A stretch of 60,994 nt of DNA, counting the filler, from Sphacelaria rigidula (lineage: Eukaryota): NCBI GenBank assembly GCA_964200075.2. It is 6 parts of 6 records of this genome, joined end to end, with 100 filler letters (N's around TTAATTAATTAA, not from the genome) between each part and the next. Parts side by side here need not be neighbours in the genome. Positions count along the whole stretch, not along the records: positions 40,733 to 50,813 come from CAXNAA020007185.1; positions 50,914 to 60,994 come from CAXNAA020007186.1; 4 more parts are not named here. One strand, 5' to 3'. How positions within the stretch are numbered: the stretch's first letter is position 1; each line of letters starts with the position of its first letter. Shown here one piece after another: positions 45,890 through 58,500 of this stretch. Made by a program: the position numbers and the translations under genes. A model generated the notes under the pieces. That model had not been told where the DNA came from and ran no database searches. It saw only the letters and a list, made by a program, of their open reading frames with translations.

Positions 45890-47669
45890 CACTCTGGACA
45901 ACGGAGACAATAATAGTTCATTGCTTCAGCAATATACACAGGGGAAAATCTATCGATATATAATATCGAACACGATAGATGGTGAAACACATCTATTGAT
46001 ATGTATCGCGAGGGACAATAGATGTTGCAATAGTCGATCGATAACCTTTGGCAATCACAATAGATGAAGATCACTCGCCATCAATGGACGTCGTGTACCG
46101 CAATAGATCATGGGTTGTATATATCGATAGCCATTGCCGTAATCAACAGGTTTGGTGAGCCATCCATCGATAGCCACTGCCATTATCAATAGGTTTGGTG
46201 AGTCATCCATCGATAGTCATTGCCGTCATCAATAGATTAAGTGAGTTATTCATCGATACTTATTACCGCCATCAATAGATTGGTGAGCCGTCTATCGGTA
46301 GCCTCTGCCGCCAACAATGCATTTTTTGGTATCTACCAATATGGGCATTGCCGTCAACAATCGATTGCTCTCGGGAGCACGTATCGATAGCCAGTGACGC
46401 CAACGATAGGTTTTGAAAAATAGATATGCTCACTGCAGTGGTCTGATGATACCAACGGGGATACCCCTTACACATGAACACGCAACGACCTGAGGCGATA
46501 GCTGGCCATAGCTTCTGTGGAATAAGGCGGAAACATAAACCGAAAAATGTGCATACACAGCGCTAGTGATGGACGCCATCCAGCTACTTTTGAGGGCAGC
46601 AATAGAGATTGGTGGCCGCGATTCAGATTCTATTTTGACCCTAAATAGACATTGGTTGGCGCGATTGGGATCCTATTGTGACCACCAATATGTATTGGTG
46701 GCCGCGTGGTAGATCCTATTGTGATTGGCAATAAATATTGGTGGCCACAATTCAGAGCCTACTGCAACAAATAAAATTTATCGATAGACAACTGGGTCCC
46801 TCCATTGTCACGGCAATGATACATCATGGCCCTTGTCCCGAATCTATTGTCGCGTGCAATAGCTATCGATAGACTTTGATGTCAGTCGATTACGACTGAC
46901 AATGAACATTGACAGTCAAAGTTTTGGGGCTATTGTAGCGCCAATGTTCTATTACATAGTCTATTGTCCAGGGTATAAGCACATCTCACCCACACACGAA
47001 AGTACTGTAAGCGCTCATGCCCATCAGAGGGACAACCACAAGTACCAACACCACACCAACCACAAAACTTGTAAACTTTTGTCTACATATGTTGCAGATT
47101 CCTACAAAATACAAGCGCTCCAAAATTGTAGAAACGTGATGTCATATATTCAAAAGTAGTATCATTATATACCCACTGCATGCCCACCTGCGGCTTCTCT
47201 ACCGTAGCTTAATGGAGTATAATATGCTCTATACGTAGTATGTTACGATGTAGGTGTGCCAATAGACGGCCGAGAATATCTGTCGGTAGGTATTATATAC
47301 CACAGTTGATTCTGGTATGTATCTATCGATATTCATTGCCGCCATGCATAGATTTATACGCAATCCATCAATAGGTGTTGTCGTCATCAATAGATTTTGC
47401 ACGCGGTCTATCGATAGCTATTGCCGTCATCAATAGATTTGAAAAGCAACGATCGATGCATTTGGTCGGCCGCATAGATTTCAGTGTGGAGCCATAGTAG
47501 ACTGCTGCCCAGACAAGAAGAGTATGGGAAACTGGTCTATAGATAGACATTGCCAACGACAATAGAAAGATAAACTTGCCGATTGATGACCATTACGGAC
47601 GACAATATTGGCATCTACTGCAGCAGATTTTATTGCTATCGCAATAGTTGCCGTCAATTGTCCAGGGTG
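45890..47669. mobile_element. Non-autonomous DNA element with 43-bp subterminal tandem repeats
   Basis: Ends CACTCTGGACAA / TTGTCCAGGGTG followed by TA (an extra right end at ~46964-46975). ATCGATA cores at 46123, 46166, 46209 and 46252 (43-bp period). A second array at 46600-46760 and related units at 47260-47640. Confidence 0.6.
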
Positions 47670-47921
47670 TACAAGTTTTACAAGCTGGGCCAGCTGACAG
47701 TGGTTCTCGTCGGTTTTATCGAGTGACGCGGTGCTCAATTTGAGGAGTTACGCCACAAAAATTTGACACGACATTTTTATTATCAACACGCGCAATATTT
47801 GTTTTGGATACCAAGGAAAAAAACAAGAAAAAGACAGAAAGGTCGATTCGAAATTTCAGCAAAAACTACAAAAATGTCATAACCCCGTGAAAAAAACGGA
47901 GAAACACGGCAGCATCCCCAC

Positions 47922-48177
47922 TGTAATGTCACGGTAAGGGTGCACAAATATTTTCTGACGTTAGAATTGTTACAAGCCCTGTATCTCATCTAATATGCGA
48001 CTTGTGAAACATGTGAAAGTATGCCAGGATTACTATTCCAATATGATGGGGATATCCTGAATAAATCTGCAAACGGGGACTCCCTGACCCACATCCTTGA
48101 GCATCGAGAATCGTTAGGAGCCCCTGAACCAGACACAATTTTGCGCAAAAAGTGCACCCCTACCGTAGCATTGCTCC
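47922..48177. mobile_element. MITE, inverted copy of the 15592-15850 family
   Basis: The interior is the reverse complement of 15600-15830 (AAAGTATGCCAGGATTACTA...TGCAAACGGGGA...CCTGACCCA). Right TIR GTGCACCCCTACCGTAGCATTGCTCC. Confidence 0.75.
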
Positions 48178-49824
48178 CCAGAAATGTTGTACGTACTTGC
48201 GCGCAGGAGGTCCATGTAAAATTTCGGCTAGAAACTCCAAAACTTGGCCCCAGCGTGACACTTTTTGTGGGCCACCACTGCATCCCGATGGTCCATCTAA
48301 TAGGAGCCTCCAATAACACAGGCAATGAGTTCGAATCCCGACATGATCATTTCCCTCCCCATAATCTGCCACATATATATATTTTTTTCTATCTGTAAGC
48401 AAAAACGATCATCATCAGGAATTTGATTTAGGGAAAGCGTTGAAGCCCGGTCCCAGTTGGATGCTTATGCCTGTGCTCGTTCTTTATGACAATCGGCTCG
48501 GAAGTCCTCTCCCATGATGGCGCTGGTGACGAACCTGACGCCATCTCGCAGCATTCATTCCCAGTGCACTCTTGACTCTTGTTTATTCTGATTATGAATG
48601 TCGCTCTTTAACTGATCCCCCAGGGGAAGGACTGCGTGTGAAAATTGTCACACGTAATTCCGCCGCGTTTACTAGAATACCGCCGTGTTTCCTAGAAAAA
48701 CATAAACTCAGAACACGCTCTCACGCCACGAAATGAGACGCACCCGATACTCAAGGCAGTACAATAACGTCATCGCCAGAGCTGCGCCAATCAGACAGCG
48801 GCGGAGCCGTGCATTACCGGGTTGCTCTGCAGTTCACAGCGGTACGCTTCAATCAGGCTGATTCGGGAGACTAGAGAAGTTCTTGTGTGATATGCGTCTG
48901 TACCTTTTACGGCTGGCCCAGCTCGTGTAAACCCCTTGAGTCATACCACGGCAGGGAATACACGTTTTAGGCCGAAATGTTTCTCATTAAGGGGCTCCTA
49001 AAGTTAGCTACAGAAGAATATGGATCAGAATATTCCTGTTTCAAAAAGTCGTCGCAGACGTCCCTAGCCCATTGAGATGCTAATCGTGTCGTGCCCTCAC
49101 ATATGTTACGGCGGATATCAGTTGTATATGTGGAAGGCGTTTTCGATGTGCGTGATATGTGCGATAGGTCGTATTCCATCTGTACGTTGCTAGGGTTATA
49201 TCCCAGTCTGGTTTCGCGGCACCGCCACAGCGTCTAGTAACGAAGCCATCAGCCAACCAATCGGAGACATCTCGCGTGCAGTCGAGTCAGGAGCACTCCT
49301 CTGCACGTAAAAGGGAGTCTATATTTTGCTTGATGCAGTGCTGTTTGAACCGAACTCTCTGTTGAGTCTCTGGTGCAACACAACTGCCTGCCTGCAGTAT
49401 CGTTTCGGCCGGCCGCTGGTGTTTCACCACCCCAGCCCATGTCTCACGGGCTTGGTATGCCCACCCTGAGACTCTATAATCACACATATTACAGCGTCGT
49501 TTTATGGAATAGATAAGGGGCTCCCAACAGTTCAAACCTGAGGAAGAAATCTTGCAAACCCACCGTGGCATGACTCCCTCCCTTAGTACCATCTACGGGT
49601 ACGACGCATTGTCGGGCTTCACGCATGTATCACTCGCGGGTGTTACATCGTGTCACATACGGTACAGTTGTTGGCCACGAAGCTGCTGTAGGATTGTGCT
49701 AAATACAGACGGCGTGATGAGCGCGAAGTCTTGTTCTTTGTGCGCTGTTCACGTGCAATACTACGCTGAAGAAGGAGCGGCTGAGGTAAAGTTTATTTGT
49801 TTTGTTCTTTACCGTGCTTGGTTC

Positions 49825-49859
<35 letters not shown>

Positions 49860-50813
49860 ATCGCAGTTAAAGTGATCCCCCATGGATCTAGCCGCGATCA
49901 CACGATAGACGTACAGTACCCGAGACAGAACAAAACCGAAATACACTCGCTGAAGAAAGAAAAAAAAACACAGGAAAGGTGAAACAGATCCAACAGAGCA
50001 GACAAAAAAAAAGAGGGAGAAGAAAAAATATATATATAAATGGCCGGCCTATGTCACATGGCGTCGATGAAAAGGTGTTGCACATAAACCACAAGTGTGA
50101 AGTAAAGGGATCACGGTTTGCCTTGTTTTGTGCGGATGAGGAACAAAGCCCGGTTATGTCTTTTCTCAATGTCAAGCCCCAGCCAGAGACACGATTTGAC
50201 GTTTCTTCGGGGCGGTAAAATATTCTTCGTACAAAATGCCGAGTCGGATACACGCCGGTTCAAAGGAAAATAACAACGACTGTGAATTGCGATTCAAGCT
50301 CCGTGAACCATCGCCGTCGCAATGAGTATCATACATAATCGGAACCATTCGGCGCTTCCCTCCCTTTTGAGTAGTAGCGTCGGCTGGCAACGACGCTGGA
50401 TAACACGCCACCCACTGCGTGAGCTAGACAACCAGGTTACCCTTTTTCTCTCGCTCGCGTCTTTTTGCGGTAACCGTGATGGTAGTCCAATGAGATCATA
50501 TTGTGCGGGATGGAGAACCCTGACCCCGCGCAAAGGGGATGATCGTACTATTATACGCAGCGTTCGAATGGTGAGACACCCATGAGGCAGACTAACCCGT
50601 GGCTATCGCTGGCAGTGGCGAGACGAGGAAATGAAGCAAATCATGGGAGGCTGTCATCCATATGCAAAGTAATTACTCCGAGCAATACCCTTCGGGCCGA
50701 ACAATCTTAGTAGGATGTAGCTCGCCCTTCATGCGACTCGCTGAACACATCATGGCGCTTCGCGCTTGGTGATTGATTGCGAGCCTGGTCCGGCGAAAAC
50801 CCGGCGTGCTCCG

Positions 50814-50913
50814 NNNNNNNNNNNNNNNNNNNNNNNNNNNNNNNNNNNNNNNNNNNNTTAATTAATTAANNNNNNNNNNNNNNNNNNNNNNNNNNNNNNN
50901 NNNNNNNNNNNNN
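50814..50913. other. Artificial contig linker
   Basis: Same 100-nt spacer. Confidence 0.97.
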
Positions 50914-51963
50914 AGGGTCTTGTGTCTTTCACGCGACGGTCGGTAGTACGGCAGGCAAACGGGATCATTGCTACATTTCCTTCCTTTACCACGCATCCTC
51001 CCGGCTGCTCAAAGGTCGTCACGATGACAAGACGGAACTAGCAACATCTGTGAAAGCGTTACAGTTTGATATATTTTATCTACATTCACAAAATGGAAAC
51101 GGTTCGGAAAAGGTGAAGGAGTAGGATGCGTTTGATGTCTGTTTGACGAAGTTATCCCCAGCACCGAAATCGATAGGGGTTTTAAAGTGGGAAAATCTTG
51201 CAAAAACACTATCGCATGAATCAGGTTGCAAAACTTCTGTCGCAAGAACGGAGTCGCAAAAAACCGCTTAGTCGAATTTTTACCCGCAGCAGAAACCAGC
51301 TTCACTTTGTGAAATTGGAATTGGAACTGGACTTTACACTGCATAATGGTGAACTACTTGAGCGGTGATAGTGTGTATGCACGTTTGCACCGACGGTAAT
51401 GCGTGTTAACTATATGCAGACATGGCGCAGCACCACAATCGGGAAGCGCCCATGAGCGAGAGTACCAAAGGAAAGACCGATTGAATTATGACGGCTTGGA
51501 AACATTTAGAACAACTTACAGTAGCCTGTATTGCTGGACGAACCAATCACGTGCGACAGCAAACACACATCAAACAAAAGTGGCTTCGTATGTTTTGCAC
51601 TACGACGTAGTGCTGCTACGGCACGGGAGAGCCAGACGCCGGCTCCGCTCTATTTCACCTCGTGTGACGACATCAAATTCCCACCGTATGCTTTTCCATT
51701 CACTTTTCAACATATTTACATATTACCCTGGTCGCTATTCTCGCTCGTAAACAAATCAAGAGCGTCAACACGCAAAATTTCTTCACCTAATTCAACAATA
51801 CCCCCTCCCACCAGTCAAGGTGAATTCGACATGAAAAAATAAATGCTAAAAGGTGCAACACCGGACAGCCTGCTGGGAAACACAGAACGGACAGACAACC
51901 AGGTCATGAAAGTTACTACAAAATGAAGTACTACCTCAACCACTCTATCTAGGAAGCTAGCTC

Positions 51964-52115
51964 TCAATTTGTCGCGACGGGCTGTAATGGCTCGGCGGGC
52001 TCCAACTCATCCGCTGCCATTTTTGCCGTATCGTCTCCTTCCACTAGCGTGTTCTTGTACCAGTCGTCCGCCGACCACACTGTAAAGGACGACCGAAGGC
52101 AAAAGAAAAGAAAAG

Positions 52116-52148
<33 letters not shown>

Positions 52149-52520
52149 CTAAGAACAGAAACACAGTGGGATGAAAATAAAAAAGACCATAAAGTACGTC
52201 TGGTTGAGGACGAATACCAATTGTGAGAAGAAGAAAAAAAAGTAAAAAAGTGATGGAGAGAGGATAAAGTATAAGGAAAATGGTGGGAACAAAATTATAG
52301 AGCAGACTCTGGCACAAGGAGAATAAATGTTCAAGTTTCATGACCCCAAACAGAGAAAATAACAGACAAAATATATTTTTAAACAACACATAAAATGCCG
52401 CAAGACCTTGACGCGTGGCTCGTGCACTGATGTAAGTTAATTTTTGAGTATCCGTCTAGCGTGCGTATACTCATCAGTAAGGCGGTGTCTTAGCACATTA
52501 ATTTTCGATCGAAATTGTGC

Positions 52521-52560
<40 letters not shown>

Positions 52561-55500
52561 GTCGTCCCATCTATTCTGGACACCGGTCCACACCGTTCGG
52601 TAAATGTGGGCGCATCAGCCGGGGTCACACGGGAGAACTGTCAGCACAGGAGTTTCTTCTTTTTCTGTTTGTTTTTAGTAGTCCACCTTCCTTCTGCGGT
52701 TCTTGCCTTTATTTTTTATCGCGAGAGGGGTTCAGCAGTCCCTTTCCCTCGTCAGCACTTGAGTAGAATTTTGCGTACCCACGACATAGTCGCTCTCCAC
52801 GGTCGTGCATGTGTGAGACAAAATCCGAGATCGCTCCGAGATTTGAACCCACGACTCAACCGACAGATGGTTTCTCGGTTATCAACTGAGCCACCGAGGC
52901 GACCGGCTTCCGTAGTAACACACGATGGAAAACAAAAAACCCGATCTAATAGGCTGTGATTTCAACCATCTTCAATATTTTCGACGATGTTTGAAATTAC
53001 GGCTTATCAGACCGGGGTTTTGTTTTCCACCGCACAATTTCGATCGAAAACTTATGTGCTGAGACACCGCCTAATACCATGCCTGACCCAGTGGCGCCAA
53101 ACGCATATATTATTTTATCTGGCTTTCACACAACCGCCTTGGGAAGCTTTTGGGAAACACGGGGACCACTGCACACATCGCAGTGTTACGCCAGGGATTT
53201 CTTTTTTAATAGCGAAATAGACGCCTCCGCGAGAAACGGTGGATGATGACAGAAATCCTAATTTCGCCCCGAGCTTCCGCACACCTTGTGCATGCAGCTG
53301 CGGACGTGAAAGCATCGCCCAAGTGGAAGGAGTGGGCTCGAAGACGATCGAAGTGTGTTTATATACTGACAAGCAGTTCCTCTCGCAAGTTGCATCGATA
53401 ATGGTGCTGTCTGCTTGGAGCATTTGCAGAATCCGTGCCGCCTGGGCGAACACCACCCCCGCCCGTCGAACCTCACTTCCGGTGTCATGGCAGAGCACGG
53501 CGCTCGCATGAGGCCACCGGAAAAGACTAGGAGGGTGTTTTCACCATGTAGAGAGATCAAAATTTTCATAGCAAAAGGTTGTGTTGAAATCCATTCATGC
53601 AGTAACTTAAACGACGTGACTGAAGTTTGAAAAAGTTGAAACCTTATCGGCACCACTGCATGGGCCATCTGGACTGCCGTGTACTGCACCAACAGCACAT
53701 AGCAGCAAGATAAAGCACATCACAGCGCAGCACAGTATACTTCAACACAGTACAGTACAGCAAAGTTCGGTGCAGTACAGAGCATTGGGCTGCCGGCGAA
53801 GTATATAGTGATAGCTTTGTGCTGAAGGGCGTTCACAGCAAGAAACAGGCAACTTCATAAAATGAGGTACGATAAATTGAGGTGTAAGCCCAAAACAGTG
53901 GTTTCCCCACACTTTCAGCGATGGTGCCCGATGACCTTTTTGTCAGCCTAATGCCCCTTGATCGCGTAGATACTTCTTCAGCACATTTTACCGGCTCTGT
54001 GAGCATAGACAGCGCTGACCACAAGCGTCATTTTCCCTGATTTTTTTAGGGGGAGTGATATCAGGGGAAACGACGCTTGCGGTCAGCGCTGTTTACGCTC
54101 ACAGAGCCGGTAAAATGTGCTGAAGAAGTATCTACGCGATCAAGGGGCATTAGGCTGACAAAAAGGTCATCGGGCACCATCGCTGAAAGTGTGGGGAAAG
54201 CACTGTTTTGGGCCTGAACCTCAATTTATCGTACAACCTCATTTTACGGACTTGCCTGTTTCGAAGAAAACGCTACATAGAGTACAGGTGTGTATATAGC
54301 AATGTGATGAAGACGTATCTACATCACTTGCTGCAAACAGCGGGGCCGTAATAAACGACGGCTCGCGTTGTAGACAAGCGAATGTACAACTCGCATTTGG
54401 TGTCGGTCCTGAGCAGGAGAAGGAGTTCAAGTTAGTAATCCGACACCCGGAATCAAATAGCTAACTCACGGCGTGGATCGAAATTTCCGGCGTTGACATG
54501 GACATAGATTTCGACTTCTCAATTTTAATGGAACTTCAGAACCACGATAGGACGCCGCGACTGCTACATGCGACAGAGAACATATACCTCTGTTGCCAAA
54601 GGAGGCGAGAACATGAAAAAGGCAGGGTAGATGACACGCTCGATCAGAAGCATTGGTCTTCAACTCCCCACCCAACCATCCCTCTGTACATACACTCGCG
54701 GCAGATGTGGAGAATCCCCAGGGCTAACTTATGGGATGCAACGTCCGGGCGCCTACTGAGACGCCGTCCGGGGCAGCCCGACCGTCACATACGACACCAG
54801 AACCGATCCCGAGGTGAGAGCATCTTCAATTCACTGTTGTAGTGACTCTGCGAGCTATCCCAGATGATGATCGAACGCTCTTCACTGCTTTCTTTGGGGC
54901 GATGACTGTGGCTTTCGAACCAAACGCAGGATGTCAGCATGCGTGGAATATATATATATATTTATATATGCACAAGAACCCCCGATCCTGACTCAGTAAA
55001 CGTCAAATATTGCACAGAACCAGGTTCTTGCACACATACGCATTGTTGCATGTCATGCGGGCAGGTGGTGAAACACCTGCGTATCTTCGGCTGCCATCCC
55101 ACCCGGCACATACCACAAATGTGGTTAAGAAAAGTTCTCGGCCGACAGGCGTAGAACCTGCGGTGTCGATGTCGAATATGAGGCCAATTGCTGGCGGCCA
55201 CGTCGGCGACGAAGACGTAGTAGGAGACGAGCCCAGTCCCTTGAGATGTATGTTGCAAGTGTTTGGAAAACTGCACTCTGAGCTACGGTTGTCAGGGTCG
55301 CTGCTTCCTGCCCCCGCCCCTTCGCGCGCGGCCGCCGCGAATCCCGCTGAGGAAACCGGCAACGGACAGAGCGATGCATGCGGCCGATCGCTAAACGGGA
55401 GAAGCCGATCAACAGCGAAGTATGCAAGGGGCGGATCGACTGCATCACGTGGGATGGGGGCGGCATCTCGAGCAAGCAGCGCACCAGGGACACCTGTTGA

Positions 55501-58500
55501 TACGACTGATGGTGAGGAGCCTCGCTGGCGTGGCGCTGAGAGGGAGGTGGTGAGGGGAGCGCACACGGACCAGGTCCGATCAGTGAAACCGCCGGTGTAG
55601 ATGGCCGCGCACGCGGGCGATCACGCAATGGGAAAGGCCGGTCAACAGCGAAGCATGCAAGGGGCGAGTCGGCTGCATCACGCGGAAGGGGCGCGGCAAG
55701 TGGAGCGAGCAACGCGCCGGGGGCACATGTTGGTATGACTGATGGTGAGGGGCGTTACTGGCACGGCGGCGGGAGGCAGGGGGCAGAGGGGGCGCATCCG
55801 GGACAAGAGCCCATCGGTGGCTACTTTTGCGACGGCGGATTAGATAAACCCGTCACGCACAAGTCGAACTCTGCAGCCGGGATCTGGATCGGAGATTCGG
55901 ATCCAGAATGCAGCGGGTCCGAGAGAGAGGACTCGGCATCGGCAGCGGGCGACGACAATGAGGCAGATTTGGCGTTCTGATTTCTGTGGAGAACGCTGGG
56001 GCCGTTCTTTCTGTAGCTAGATTGCGCAAACGATTCTGTACAACTCAAGGTTGTTCTTTCTATGCTGTAGTCATGAGCCCTGTCTCATGTACATGGCGAT
56101 GATGGTTCGTGCATGTGCGGTGCACCGTGGGGTGCAGAAGTGTATCGGGGGTGATCTGGCTACGCCCGTCAGCGAATCGCCTGTGGTGCATGAGGCTACA
56201 TAGTAATGTCAACCAAGTGAGTGTTTCAACGCAAGATGAGTAATCTGACCGACACCATCGTATGCCAGTCAACCTTTCGATTTACCGTGCAGCACTGCCA
56301 ACGCTCGCGCCTCGACGCTTTGGCTTTCGTGTAAGGAGACAACGGCCGGAAATCATCCGCATCACTGTTGTGTTGAACGGTCGGACGAAAAACGTCGGGT
56401 GGTGTTCTTCGCCACACTCTCGCCGATATCATTGATACTGCACCATCTGCACCGAACCGGAGCGTCTTGTCACCACCGGTCTTGCGCATCACACATCGGG
56501 TCGATTTTCGCAAGGTTTCATTTCAACCGCTTATTATGGCAAACACAACATGTTGAACGACTGTTTTTTTTTTTTTTCCCTTTTTCATTTTGGGCGTAAG
56601 TGATGGCTGGGCGGATGTTGCCTCCTCGGTTTGCCTTGCGTTCATCTTCGGAACATCTGTCACGTCGCATGAACATATTAAGGTGCTTGTATTTTGTTTG
56701 TTTTGCCGAAGTTGTATGTTCGTCCAAGAACTATGAACATCAATCGAGTTCAGAAGAAAGTGGTGGTCAGGTGTAGAAATCCATGACAGTTATCAACTCG
56801 CGTCGATTGTTCTTGGGCAAAAATGCTAGCCCAGTCAAACCAAATCTGCAACCACCGGAACATGCGAACGTGACACGGATTGTTCCACCGGACTTGACCA
56901 CTCTGGCAGATGAGTGTATGTGTAATAAAAAAAAAACTTCCATTACCACAAAAAATTAAGGTGTTCAACACCCCCCTAGCTCCATTTCGGATGCAAAATA
57001 ACAACAGATGAACAAAAAAATAGTGCTACGGGCAGGGCCAGCAGTAAATCCCGCATTTGCATGTCACACCACAACGTATCAAGTCTTCCAAGTCAGCCCG
57101 ACGTGAACTGCAGATCAACGTGGTAACGCACGGGACCGCCGCGTAAAAAGAAACAAATTGAAAAAAATGTACTGCATAATGTATCCCCTAACGGACGGAG
57201 CAAAAAAAGGAATCCGTCGGGATTCGAACTCGTGACCTCCATAATTGCAGTCAACTGCATCACTTGGACTAAAGGAGCGCAGCCGTGCCACACGAAAAGT
57301 TGGATGCTGCGCCAAATCTCTGAAAGTTTCGGCCGCAATAGCACCAGGATTTCCTCCACTGAAGGACGCACAGCTACAGCAGCGAAGCCCACGTATTTAT
57401 TTATTTTCACGGAGTAATAATATTCCTACTACTGTAGCCGTTTTACACTGTAATACGGGTCCTAGGATGCCTTGCGTACACGAAGCAGCTCATCTAGAGG
57501 CTACCTTCCACACCCAACCAATGCATTACTTTTCTTGTGTGACATAAAGACCTATGGGGCATGCTACGACGGGGGAGGGGGTGATTAATTAAAGATTATT
57601 CTTCTAGTTTTTGCAGAAACTTCAAATCGCTTTAAATGTGCGTTTTTTTTCTTGGCATCCCCGGGAAGGTTGTGCGTAGTGATGATAAAAATACTGTGTA
57701 AAAACTTCAGCGCCCGACGCTTCGGATTACCAACCGCCCGGCCCGGATACATTCGCAAATCACTGTCAGCTGGCCCAGCTCGTACAGTATGTTTTTGGCG
57801 TTGTTTGTTTGCCATGAGAACTGACCTTGGACACGGAGGGGTCACGGCCTCCCTGACGACAGTATGCGTGTGTTTGCACGGTATATTTTGGGCAGCGACC
57901 TCGCGCGCCACCGCAGCTATGACGGCATGCGCACGTTTGAACCATCTTCTCTGCTGACGGGCAACACTTTTGTTCCCATGAAAGTGTGGGAGAATATGTG
58001 TACGACAACGAACACACCCAAACGGGGCGCAATTGCCGCCGGCTTATTTTCGATATCGGCTTTCTTTGTACTCCGGAGTATCTGATACGCTTTTCCACCG
58101 CATCTCATGTGTCCCAACACCCCCCGCCGAGATGGCAATATCTCAATACACACAGCAGCTGCAGAGACAAATCAAATTCCTCTGTGTAGCTAAGATGCAT
58201 CTCCATCAGCCCTCGACGTCGCGGCTGCGCATACCCTTGGCGTAACTACAAATGTTGACGTATAGTAAGGTTAATATTTTGCAATTTACGCACGATCTCA
58301 AAAACTAATTGATGCAAATTTGATGTTACACGGTGGCTTTTAGCAATTACGACCTGCCCCTTGAGTTTCAGCTGGCTGCCGTTCGTGCAGCGCAACTTAT
58401 CTGCGATCGCGTATAGGTATGCCATATTGGAAAATGGCTTTTGGGCTTGTACAGATTTCCGTGGCTTTTTTTTCCGGTCATACGTCGATCGTTCGTGTAC

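Noticed and set aside
46120..46310. CRISPR-like periodic array
   Set aside because: Whole 43-bp units are degenerate copies with no unique spacers. There are no cas genes and the context is eukaryotic.
57210..57285. tRNA gene
   Set aside because: A B-box-like motif is present, but the D arm, anticodon arm and acceptor stem do not form.
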